Source: a virus (lineage: Duplodnaviria; Caudoviricetes). Taken from it: a DNA stretch of 64,000 nucleotides. The stretch is from positions 96,982 through 160,981 of IMG/VR virus record IMGVR_UViG_3300028591_000099; one strand, written 5' to 3'. A model generated the notes under the pieces. The model was not told where the DNA came from, made no database searches, and was given only the letters and a program-made list of their open reading frames with translations. Below, piece after piece: positions 1-8,179 of this stretch. The first letter of the stretch is position 1; each line of letters opens with the position of its first letter. The position numbers and the translations under genes were made by a program.

Positions 1-2
1 TT

Positions 3-1454
3 AAGTATAATGGAACTACTTATACTCAATATTATCCAGTACTTGCGGCCGGGGGTAAAGAATGCCCTGTTGCCGATATGATGTTCTTGGATAAAGTCCA
101 AGTTACAGTTCGTCAAGTAGATGGAAAAACATTAGTGGACCACTATGGAATGCGACTAGTTCCAGACGCAAAATCTGCGGGGGACGACCAAGTATATATC
201 GGCGTAAGTGCTTTAAGAGTGCGTGCGAACGCAACTACTTCAGGTAGATTACATGGATATTGCCTTATGGGTGGTTATTACAACGTTCTTAAACGAATTG
301 AAAAAGCAGCGGCCGCAAATAAAGACTATGATTGATACCAAGTTGGCCCGTATCAATGGATTGCTGGAGTCGATGGTGTAGAATATAAAAAGGCCAGTGT
401 TGATAAACGCATTTTCAAAATTGAGAAAGATCCAGAATATGATTATCAATGGTCCTTAGATGGAAATCGCTACGGAGATAAATATGATGTTACCGTAATG
501 AGTGGTTTTGGAGATACTAAATTAATTGCTGATGGCTGAGAAGAGGTGTTAGCTGTTAATGGTTCATTATTCTACACCTATGACAATCAGCACTTTGCTC
601 TTGGGGTTGAAAAGAGTAGAGGTGTTGTTAACCAAGAGTTAGAAATGTCTTGTGTTACTGATAATAATGAAGTTATGGCTATTGGTATGACCTATGATGG
701 AAGATTAGAGTTCGCAAAAACTAAAGATATAGTTGCTAATATCAACAACTATTATGGTGCTGTTACTGGTGAATTTGGTATTATGAAAAATGGCGAAAAA
801 GCTGAATGAGGTAAAGAAGTATTTACAACTCAATATAATGATATTTCAGGAAGAACTATTATCGGTGAAGATAAAGAAGGAAATCCAATATCATTTAGTT
901 TAGCCGGAGTAACTGGTAGTACTGGATTAAGAGGTAAAGAATTATATGATTTATGTAAATCATTAGGTTTCTGGAATGCTATCTGCTTTGACGGTGGTGG
1001 TTCGGTATTCAGAAGAATAAATGGTGAAGTCGATATTTCAACTACTAGAAAAGTTAAAAATGCGGTTTTACTTTATAGAAGAAAGAAACAAGAAAAACCA
1101 GTTGAACCAGAGCCTGAACCAGAACCGGTTAATCCAACTCCAACAGAAGACTTAGAAAAATTAAAGGCTCAGATTGCAGAATTAGAAAGTAAAGTTAGCA
1201 ATTTAACAAGAAGTTTAAATGATGCTAACACTTTGCTAGAACAACGTAATAGTGAAATTGCGGTTAAAGAACAAGAACTTTCTAAAAAAGCAAAAGAAGC
1301 TGTAGAACTTGCTGAGGAATTAAGCAAGAGTGAAACAGAGTGCGGACAAGTAAAATCACAACTTAATCAAATGGAAGAACAATTATCCGTTGTAAAAAAT
1401 GATTTAACTACAGCCCAAACAAAAATCGCAAATGCTAAAGAAGCATTAAATTAA
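3..1454 (+). CDS. 5'-truncated cell-envelope hydrolase: SH3b-like region + phosphodiester glycosidase (NAGPA/DUF2233-like) domain + Pro/Glu linker + coiled coil; TGA=Trp
   Basis: ORF-track pieces 78-335, 546-809 and 1233-1454 share one frame and are separated only by TGA at 333, 537 and 807. Readthrough gives DYDWYQVGPYQWIAG, LAVNGS, GRTIIG and AICFDGGGS motifs. Confidence 0.8.
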
Positions 1455-1487
1455 TATAAGGGAGACTTCGGTCTCCCTATTTTTTAT
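1455..1487 (+). terminator. Rho-independent terminator
   Basis: AGGGAGAC-TTCG-GTCTCCCT hairpin followed by a T-run. Confidence 0.8.
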
Positions 1488-1498
1488 TATAAATAAAC

Positions 1499-1528
1499 TT
1501 GACACTAACAGAAATTTTGTGGTATAAT
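1499..1528 (+). promoter_or_regulatory. sigma-A/70-type promoter
   Basis: TTGACA-18 nt-TATAAT with extended -10 TG. Confidence 0.7.
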
Positions 1529-1648
1529 AATTATGTAAGTTAGGCCAAAATAAGATAATTTTGCCATAAGAAATTTTAAGAATATATGAGCGGGAATGGA
1601 ACCGCTTAGTAGGAAAAAGTTTACTTAAATGGAAGGAGAAAAAAGGAA

Positions 1649-2014
1649 ATGTATAACAGTTATGGAGCGTACCCAGCAAGTACGCCTTTTTACAATCCGC
1701 AATCATTTTTACAAAAACAAGAAGTTGTAAGAGTTAGCGGTCGAAATGGAGCAGAAGCATATCAAATGGCGCCAAATAGTAGTATACTACTTTTAGATGA
1801 AACTGCTCCAATAGTTTGGCTAAAAACAACGGACGGAGCGTCATATCCAACTATTACGGGATATGCTATCACCCCGGTCAAAACGCAAACCGCAATGGTG
1901 GAAGAGGACCACTATAAGGCATTAGAAGAAAGAATCGTAAAATTAGAGGAGGCTCTACATGACAAATCCAATGTTACAGATGCTAAGCCAACAATCAAGA
2001 CCATCAAACAATAA
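1649..2014 (+). CDS. Conserved hypothetical protein, gene 1 of a five-gene cassette
   Basis: RBS; VSGRNGAEAYQMAPNSSILLLDE motif recognised from Bacillota phage cassettes. Confidence 0.75.
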   Translation: MYNSYGAYPASTPFYNPQSFLQKQEVVRVSGRNGAEAYQMAPNSSILLLDETAPIVWLKTTDGASYPTITGYAITPVKTQTAMVEEDHYKALEERIVKLEEALHDKSNVTDAKPTIKTIKQ

Positions 2015-2207
2015 TATGATTGCGATGTTACAAAATTCAAAAAATCCTCAAGAACTTGTTCAAAATATGTTAGCAAATAATCCTCAAATAACTAACATTA
2101 TTAATCAATATGGTGGAGGAGACCCAAAGGCTGCGTTCTATGAATATGCTCGCCGCACAGGTCAAGACCCAGAGCAAGTTTTAACTATGTTAAAGAAAAT
2201 AATGTAG
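1959..2207 (+). CDS. Small Asn/Gln/Met-rich hypothetical protein, cassette gene 2
   Basis: GGAGG RBS; 82 aa ORF. Confidence 0.75.
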   Translation: MTNPMLQMLSQQSRPSNNNMIAMLQNSKNPQELVQNMLANNPQITNIINQYGGGDPKAAFYEYARRTGQDPEQVLTMLKKIM

Positions 2208-2258
2208 TCAATATTTAAGTAAACTTGACTACTGGATAATATAGGGAGGAAAAAATAA

Positions 2259-2921
2259 ATGGAAAATGGAAGTTTAAGTGCTAGTGATGTTGCTTTATTA
2301 AGTGATCGTGGCTATGGTTATGGTGATGGTATGTGAGGCGGCAATTCAATGATGTGGATTTTTGCTTTATTAATCTTAGCTGGCGGCGGTTTTGGTGGCT
2401 TTGGCGGAGGTTATGGTTACCATCCTCAGTATGCTACTCAAGATTTCGTACAGAATGGATTTAATTTCAATGATTTACAAGATCAGAACCGTGATATCTT
2501 AGGTGCTATCACTTCTGGAACAGCCCAGTCTGTAGCGGCTACTAATCAGTCATTCCACGATATTACAGCAACTTTATCTGATAAATATACTGAATTACAG
2601 AGAGATATTGCTGGTTTAGCAGTTGGTCAGGCTGGATTATTAGCTAAAGAAAATGAATGTTGCTGCTCTACTTTAAGAGCTATTGATGGCGTAAACTATA
2701 ATGCTGCTATGAATACAGCTGCTATCAATGCTAATACAACAGCACAAACTCAGAAAATTTTAGATGCTATTACTGGCAACAGAATGGCTGATATGCAGAA
2801 CCAAATTAACCAGTTGCAATTACAGCAAGCAGTTGCTGGTGTAGTTCGCTATCCAAGTGCAACTACATACACTTCTGGTTCTAATCCATTCTGCGGTTGC
2901 GGCTGCGGCGGTTCATTTTAA
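2259..2921 (+). CDS. Gly-rich N-terminal membrane / CCC-motif protein, cassette gene 3; TGA=Trp
   Basis: GGAGG RBS precedes ATG 2259. A TGA at 2334 (GDGM-W-GGNSMMWIF) joins it in frame to ORF 2349-2921. Confidence 0.8.
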
Positions 2922-2987
2922 TAGATAATATCAAGGGGGGCATATTGCCCCCTTATTTTTGAAGAAAAAAGTTTAGGAGGAAAGGTA

Positions 2988-3395
2988 ATGTTAGAAGTAT
3001 ATTCTAAAAATATCACAGTTGCGGAAGATGCCCCAATTGCATTAAATAATGTGGCTTTAGAAAAAGGATGCAGCACCTGTTTAAGAGGTGTCTCAACAAT
3101 CCAGTTAAATAAATGCGGCGTATATGAGGTTACAGTATCAGCATCTGCGGTTGCCGATGTTGCAGGTGTCATTTCAATCCAGTTAGAAAAGGATGGCGTG
3201 CTCCAGCCTCAAGCGATCTCATCAGCGACCGCCGCAGACACTACATCAATTAATCCATTAGGCTTCACAACTTTAGTTCAATCTCCAAGAGATAATAGTG
3301 CATGCCCATGTGCAGCGCCAACTACATTTGATATAGTTAATACAGGTGTTGCTGCTACTTATGATAGTATAGATGTTACAGTGGTAAGAATCTAA
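2988..3395 (+). CDS. Beta-rich (BclA-C/C1q-like) hypothetical protein, cassette gene 4
   Basis: AGGAGG RBS; GVYEVTVSAS strand pattern. Confidence 0.65.
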   Translation: MLEVYSKNITVAEDAPIALNNVALEKGCSTCLRGVSTIQLNKCGVYEVTVSASAVADVAGVISIQLEKDGVLQPQAISSATAADTTSINPLGFTTLVQSPRDNSACPCAAPTTFDIVNTGVAATYDSIDVTVVRI

Positions 3396-3396
3396 T

Positions 3397-3969
3397 ATGA
3401 CAGTTGAAGAGATTTATTCAAACCTAGCCGCACATATGATAAAAGGTCTTATGATACACGATCAAATGGTTGATTACTATTGCTTTTTGAACTTAAAAGG
3501 TTATGCGATGTGTCATAAGTATCACTATATTAGTGAAAATTGAGACTATATGAAATTAAAAAAGTATTATATTAAACATCATGGGAAATTAATTCCAGAA
3601 AAATCAATAGAAAATCCAAAAGTAATACCAAGTAATTGATATAGTCATATTAAGGCTGATGTAGATGTGTCTACTGTGCGGAATGGGGTAAAAACTGGTT
3701 TAGAAAAATGGGTAGCTTGAGAGACAGAAACTAAAGAGTTATATCAAAAAGCCTATAAAGATTTAATTGCTCTTGGCGCAGTCGCAGATGCTAATTTTAT
3801 ATGTTGCTTTATTGAAGGCGTTGACTGAGAATTAGTGCAAGCAGAGTCATTCCACTTAAAAAAGAAAATAGATGACTTTAGTATTAGTTCTATAACTGGC
3901 GACCAAGAATGAAAATATAAAAAATATTCTGAAAAAATAAGATCACTATTGGAATGTAGTGATGAGTAA
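3397..3969 (+). CDS. Helical, possibly ferritin-like protein (190 aa), cassette gene 5; TGA=Trp; missed by the ORF track
   Basis: ATG immediately after the previous TAA. Open to TAA 3967 apart from TGA at 3541, 3637, 3718, 3826 and 3910 (IPSNWY, KWVAWETETK). Confidence 0.85.
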
Positions 3970-3971
3970 AA

Positions 3972-4010
3972 ATAAGGGGGTTAGTTATAAAAATTAACCC
4001 CAATTTTTTT
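3972..4010 (+). terminator. Rho-independent terminator
   Basis: GGGGTTAGTT...AATTAACCCC hairpin plus T-run. Confidence 0.65.
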
Positions 4011-4012
4011 AT

Positions 4013-4042
4013 TTGACATTTCTAGAAAAAATATTGTATAAT
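4013..4042 (+). promoter_or_regulatory. sigma-A-type promoter of the ORF-Hsp20-tRNA(UCA) operon
   Basis: TTGACA (4013-4018), 18 nt spacer, TATAAT (4037-4042). Confidence 0.75.
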
Positions 4043-4066
4043 AAATATAGTAAAGGAGAAGGCAAT

Positions 4067-4243
4067 ATGGAGTTATATTTAGATGATTATGAACAGCTTA
4101 AAAAGGTAGAGAACTTCTTATTCAGATTAATCTATCCAGAGCCTTTTACTTTACACATTTTAATAGACGAGACCAAGGAGCATTTTAATTATACTACAGA
4201 GTATAATGATTTAGCGGGCGGCCTTGTGTTAGTCACTTTTTAG
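4067..4243 (+). CDS. Small hypothetical protein (58 aa)
   Basis: AAGGAG RBS before ATG 4067; the TTG start at 4013 overlaps the promoter. Confidence 0.6.
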   Translation: MELYLDDYEQLKKVENFLFRLIYPEPFTLHILIDETKEHFNYTTEYNDLAGGLVLVTF

Positions 4244-4255
4244 GAGGTATTTAAT

Positions 4256-4630
4256 ATGTTATTTGATTATGATTCATTTTTTGATTGGGATAGACCAGCT
4301 TATAGTTTTAGTCGTTCAGTACACGACATGCATCCATATTCTATTAAAACTTTAGAAGATAGAGTTGTATTGGTTCATAACATTGTTGGTGTTAAAGAAG
4401 AAGATATCAAGGTTGATATTGAAAGAACAGAGGATGGAAGAGACCGACTTGTTATTGAGGGTGTAACTCATAATGATGTATTGAATTATGATTATAAAAT
4501 TAATTCAAAATTTTATATTAAAGCTGATATGTTTAAAGATGTAACCTATTATGTTAAGGATGGCTTACTTTATATTGAATTATTCAAAAAAGAACCAGAA
4601 GTTACCAAATTAACTGTCAGAAAAGCATAG
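4256..4630 (+). CDS. Hsp20/alpha-crystallin small heat-shock protein
   Basis: AGGAGG RBS; VGVKEEDIKVDI and VKDGLLYIEL alpha-crystallin motifs. Confidence 0.8.
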   Translation: MLFDYDSFFDWDRPAYSFSRSVHDMHPYSIKTLEDRVVLVHNIVGVKEEDIKVDIERTEDGRDRLVIEGVTHNDVLNYDYKINSKFYIKADMFKDVTYYVKDGLLYIELFKKEPEVTKLTVRKA

Positions 4631-4655
4631 AGAACACAGAAGTTCTCTACTACAT

Positions 4656-4930
4656 AGGGGTGTCGGTTAATGGTAAGCTCGCGGACTTCAACCGCGTAAG
4701 CGTGCAATGGTGCCTTATTGTAGGGATATAATAAGTGGAGGCAATGATATCGGTGAAGACTAAACTGAAAAGCATGTTAATACCGAGGGAACGAAAGGCC
4801 CGTAGAGACTAGATAATTGCCCAGCTAGATCAGCTGAAGATATAGTCCAGACCACAAACAGTAATGGTAATGAAAATTATAGTGGCAAGCAAACCCGCCA
4901 ATCCCCGTTCGAATCGGGGCACCCCTGCCA
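4656..4930 (+). tRNA. tRNA-Trp with anticodon UCA (UGA-decoding), split by an intron; exons 4656-4688 and 4890-4930
   Basis: Acceptor stem AGGGGTG/CACCCCT, G73, encoded CCA, T-arm CCCCG-TTCGAAT-CGGGG. Spliced anticodon arm GCGGA-CTTCAAA-CCCGC. A1-U72 and G73 are bacterial Trp identity elements. Confidence 0.9.
4689..4889 (+). mobile_element. Group I self-splicing intron (201 nt, no ORF) between anticodon positions 34 and 35
   Basis: P3 GGCAAT/ATTGCC, P4 ATCGGTG/TACCGA, R element CGTAGAGACTA, S element AAGATATAGTCC (P7), GNRA-capped P2 and P9, terminal G 4889. Confidence 0.9.
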
Positions 4931-4970
4931 AGGAAGTAATCGGCGAATTAAGTCGAAAAATATATAAAAA

Positions 4971-5010
4971 AAAATAGGGAGAGTATAATTAAATACTCTC
5001 CCTATTTTTT
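4971..5010. terminator. Bidirectional terminator where the two transcription arms converge
   Basis: A-run, TAGGGAGAGTAT...ATACTCTCCCTA, T-run. Confidence 0.8.
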
Positions 5011-5598
5011 ATTTTCATGGTGTAAATCTTTCATATCTTCTGCAGAAACCAGAACTTCATCAAATGTGCGATCTACCTGATGTTGTTCATCTTCCTTGAC
5101 TATTGGTAATCTAATAGCTCTTTCATAATAAGAATCACCTTGAGCATTACCACCTAATTTATTATAGATATGATGTAAATCACTTAATGTATCGAATTGA
5201 TATTGAGTCATCCAACCTTGTGCGATATAGGCCTTACAAGCATTGATTAATTGAAATTTATAGAATTGAATATCTTGTTCTTTTAAAACTTTGAAATCTT
5301 CTTCAACAGCTTTTAAATCATCAACCGCTTCCCAATACATATCACGATAACGTTTAAACTCACTGCTAGTCTCATTCTTAAAATCATTAAAAGTTTTTTC
5401 AACACTATTTTTAAAGTCTTGGCACATTTCTCTAACAATAGATTCAACATGGTCGTGTAAGGCTTGTTGATCATACTTTTCAGCTTTACTCTCTTTTTCA
5501 TTATGCTGCTTAACAAGTGTATCTCAAATATATTTGACTAAAAAGCCTCCAAAAGCCACTAAAACGTAGCTTAAAATTGCATCTGCTGAAATATTCAT
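5002..5598 (-). CDS. Holin-like membrane protein (198 aa); TGA=Trp
   Basis: GAGGGGG RBS and ATG 5598; N-terminal hydrophobic helix AILSYVLVAFGGFLVKYI-W (TGA 5524); C-terminal YNKLGGN motif seen in lysis-cassette proteins. Confidence 0.65.
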
Positions 5599-5655
5599 AA
5601 TACAGAAACCCCCTCTCGTATCAATAGTTATAAAAAAGGCTTTAATGGTCTTATA

Positions 5656-6171
5656 TTACTCTGACCAATCAAAGCCTTCATTATTTATAACTGTGGTGCC
5701 TGCGGACGGCCGCATACATACGTGACTGCCAATACAGATAGCATCGCATTCATCTTGCGTTGCCTTTACTTGATACTGCTGGAGAACATATGCTTGTGCA
5801 TTACGTTTCTGATCTGGTCTTGTGCGACCTTTGATCTGTAATGTTGATTTTCAAGTAGAGGAAGGAACAACTATGACATTTTTATTTAACTCCACTGCAG
5901 TCTCAAGAACTACACCGAATACATTTGCTAATACTTTGAAGGTTTTCACATTATTTCCAACCGAGGACTGCAGTTGTATATCTTCAAAGGCAATTGTGTC
6001 TATATCTCACTCTTGGACTTTTTTGATTATAAAGTTGCGAATGGTGACTAAACGTTCACCAACCTCTTCTTGCTCGGTAGTAAGATGCCCTCAATCTTTA
6101 AGCTCGCCGTCAATAAAGATAGATCACCCGGATACACGACTCGCTTGATCCAGGGCTAAAAGTTTAGACAT
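5656..6171 (-). CDS. ruvC: RuvC-like Holliday junction resolvase (171 aa); TGA=Trp; missed by the ORF track
   Basis: LLALDQASRVSGW, IAFEDIQ, PSSTWK and DECDAICIG catalytic motifs; TGA at 6124, 6091, 6007 and 5851. Confidence 0.9.
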
Positions 6172-6173
6172 TA

Positions 6174-6719
6174 TTAATTAGAGGTTGAGCCAAAACCGCC
6201 TGTGCGGCTGCCGTTCGCATTGTCATCATCAACCAGACCATATGTCTTAATGATACCCTGGCCGATGACATCACCAGCTCTAAGAACAATATCAACCGGC
6301 GAGAAGTTGATAAACTGGAAGAAAATCTCACCTTCATTATCTGGATTATTATAATAATCGCTATCAATAATACCAATACCATTAGCAAGAATCATCCAGT
6401 AATTTAATGGAGTGGAACTGCGGACGGATAACTCAAGATACTTATCAGGATCAAGCTGGCACTTAACACCGGTCGGAACTAATGTCGGACGCAAACCAAG
6501 ATTCTTTGTTAAAGTTTTAAGATCTTTTAATCCATAAGGAATTTTATGAGCGAAATATCCATCAGCTTCATCCATAAGATTCCAAATAGATGGGACTACA
6601 GTATCTTTAGCCACTGCAAAGTCGTAGCCTGCTGAATTGGCGGTTGCCCGGACGGGTAAGCGGACAGCGCAGGCTTCTTGAGAACTCATATATTTACTAA
6701 CAATTTCAAACTTATTCAT
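6174..6719 (-). CDS. dut: dUTPase (trimeric)
   Basis: SAGYDF, RSS, GIIDSDYY and RTGGFGST motifs. Confidence 0.95.
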   Translation of the reverse strand: MNKFEIVSKYMSSQEACAVRLPVRATANSAGYDFAVAKDTVVPSIWNLMDEADGYFAHKIPYGLKDLKTLTKNLGLRPTLVPTGVKCQLDPDKYLELSVRSSTPLNYWMILANGIGIIDSDYYNNPDNEGEIFFQFINFSPVDIVLRAGDVIGQGIIKTYGLVDDDNANGSRTGGFGSTSN

Positions 6720-6729
6720 TATTTATCTC

Positions 6730-6981
6730 CTATAAATCATAATCTACTTCATAAACAGGTTTAATATGCTGAGAAGGTTCCTTTTCATCATTAAACTTTT
6801 TAACCAAGGTGACTTTATAATATTCATCAATAATTTCACCTTTAGCCTTACGAACCTTGTATTCAGAACTATATTTACCTAACTCAAACATAGAACTTGC
6901 TTTAGCTTCTTCAATTAACTTTTTAGCTTCTTCATCACTATCAACACGAAAAACTTCAGTTGTGCTTACTAAAAACTTCAT
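6730..6981 (-). CDS. Hypothetical protein
   Basis: ORF in tightly packed operon. Confidence 0.7.
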   Translation of the reverse strand: MKFLVSTTEVFRVDSDEEAKKLIEEAKASSMFELGKYSSEYKVRKAKGEIIDEYYKVTLVKKFNDEKEPSQHIKPVYEVDYDL

Positions 6982-7251
6982 TTAAATAGACTCTCTTTCT
7001 ATAACTGCAATATTTTTATTATATTTATCAACACCTTTAGTGTTAATTAATCGAGCTAACTGCTTAGTATAATATCTAGAACCGTATAAAATAACTTCAT
7101 TGGCATTATACTCATTGCAGGTAGCTGCGATTAGATTTGGCAATGATTCAACTGGCGCACGTCCAATTTCACGACTTGTGCCGTCATCATTGACTAAATA
7201 AACGCTCTGGTCATAATCAAATAGACCAAGTTTACATGTGACTACTGGCAT
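6982..7251 (-). CDS. Hypothetical protein
   Basis: ORF in operon; RBS. Confidence 0.7.
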   Translation of the reverse strand: MPVVTCKLGLFDYDQSVYLVNDDGTSREIGRAPVESLPNLIAATCNEYNANEVILYGSRYYTKQLARLINTKGVDKYNKNIAVIERESI

Positions 7252-7757
7252 TTTATTACCCCCTCATCATATTCAAAGAAATAGTATACATAAGAATTAT
7301 CTCCAATAGTGACCCAGCATTCTATAGCACCTTGGTCTGATAATTCAATACTTTTAATTTGGCCCAAGCTTTGAAGACATTCAATAACTTCATTCTCGAC
7401 TCTTGGAAGAATAGTAGGAACTTTTGCGGCATCTAATGGGATACTAACATCAAATAATGTATAATATTTACGCTCATTATTTAACAGCATATAATACTCA
7501 TGTTCTATTGGATTAACATAATCCTTGATGAGTTTAACTGCTTCATCAATTTGGTCTTGAGTATATTCTGGTGCCTTAGTCATAATGCCTTGATTTAACT
7601 CATATAGACTTACATCAAATGAAGTGCGGCCTTGGACCTCCCAGTTAGCACCATCCCATTTATATAAGGTATGAGTTTCTTCTACTAAAGCCAAATCTCC
7701 AACTTGATTGTTGGATTTTAATTTCATTAATATCTTGCTATTTGGTACTTTTATCAT
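7242..7757 (-). CDS. Hypothetical protein
   Basis: 171 aa ORF; GAGG RBS. Confidence 0.75.
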   Translation of the reverse strand: MIKVPNSKILMKLKSNNQVGDLALVEETHTLYKWDGANWEVQGRTSFDVSLYELNQGIMTKAPEYTQDQIDEAVKLIKDYVNPIEHEYYMLLNNERKYYTLFDVSIPLDAAKVPTILPRVENEVIECLQSLGQIKSIELSDQGAIECWVTIGDNSYVYYFFEYDEGVIKCQ

Positions 7758-7765
7758 ATTTACCT

Positions 7766-7990
7766 CTATTTATGTTTGCGATGTGCGTAGGCATTTTTTA
7801 AGGATAAAATACGCTTAACACGTTCATCGTATTCAGAAACCGGCATTTTAATATCAATATAAACCACACCATTATTATCTGGACTATATTCGATAACTGC
7901 GTTATCGACTGAGCCGGTCGGAAGATCTAATTCTTGCTCCACTACAAATGGGCGGAGAGGGTATATCCCATATTTATTTTCTCTATCCAT
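7766..7990 (-). CDS. Hypothetical protein
   Basis: ORF directly after a sigma-A promoter at about 7996-8025. Confidence 0.6.
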   Translation of the reverse strand: MDRENKYGIYPLRPFVVEQELDLPTGSVDNAVIEYSPDNNGVVYIDIKMPVSEYDERVKRILSLKNAYAHRKHK

Positions 7991-8032
7991 ATTATTATTA
8001 TAACATAAAAATAAAAAAAATGCAAGGAAAGA

Positions 8033-8179
8033 TTAAATCAATCCTTGCATTAAATTTAAGAACCAATAGAACATAACAATGAACCAATATCTAGCTAATT
8101 CATTATTATTATTTAATTCTTGTTTTACTCCTAAATATCCAGAGATAAGAACTAATAATGTTTTTATAAAATGTATCAT
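8033..8179 (-). CDS. Small membrane peptide (48 aa)
   Basis: ATG overlaps the nrdG stop; two hydrophobic stretches. Confidence 0.45.
   Translation of the reverse strand: MIHFIKTLLVLISGYLGVKQELNNNNELARYWFIVMFYWFLNLMQGLI

Noticed and set aside
4656-4930. Selenocysteine tRNA, or spliced tRNA-Leu(CAA)
   Set aside because: It has a 7-bp acceptor stem and no long variable arm, so it is not tRNA-Sec. Splicing after U33 to give CAA destroys the anticodon stem.
5822-6148. 108-aa plus-strand ORF and similar antisense ORFs (e.g. 10653-11114, 24029-24592, 57898-58203)
   Set aside because: Shadows of real minus-strand genes, with no RBS or motifs.
3-6171. TGA-broken genes as pseudogenes or sequencing errors
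   Set aside because: Every interruption is TGA (never TAA, TAG or a frameshift), several fall on motif Trp positions, and a cognate tRNA is present.
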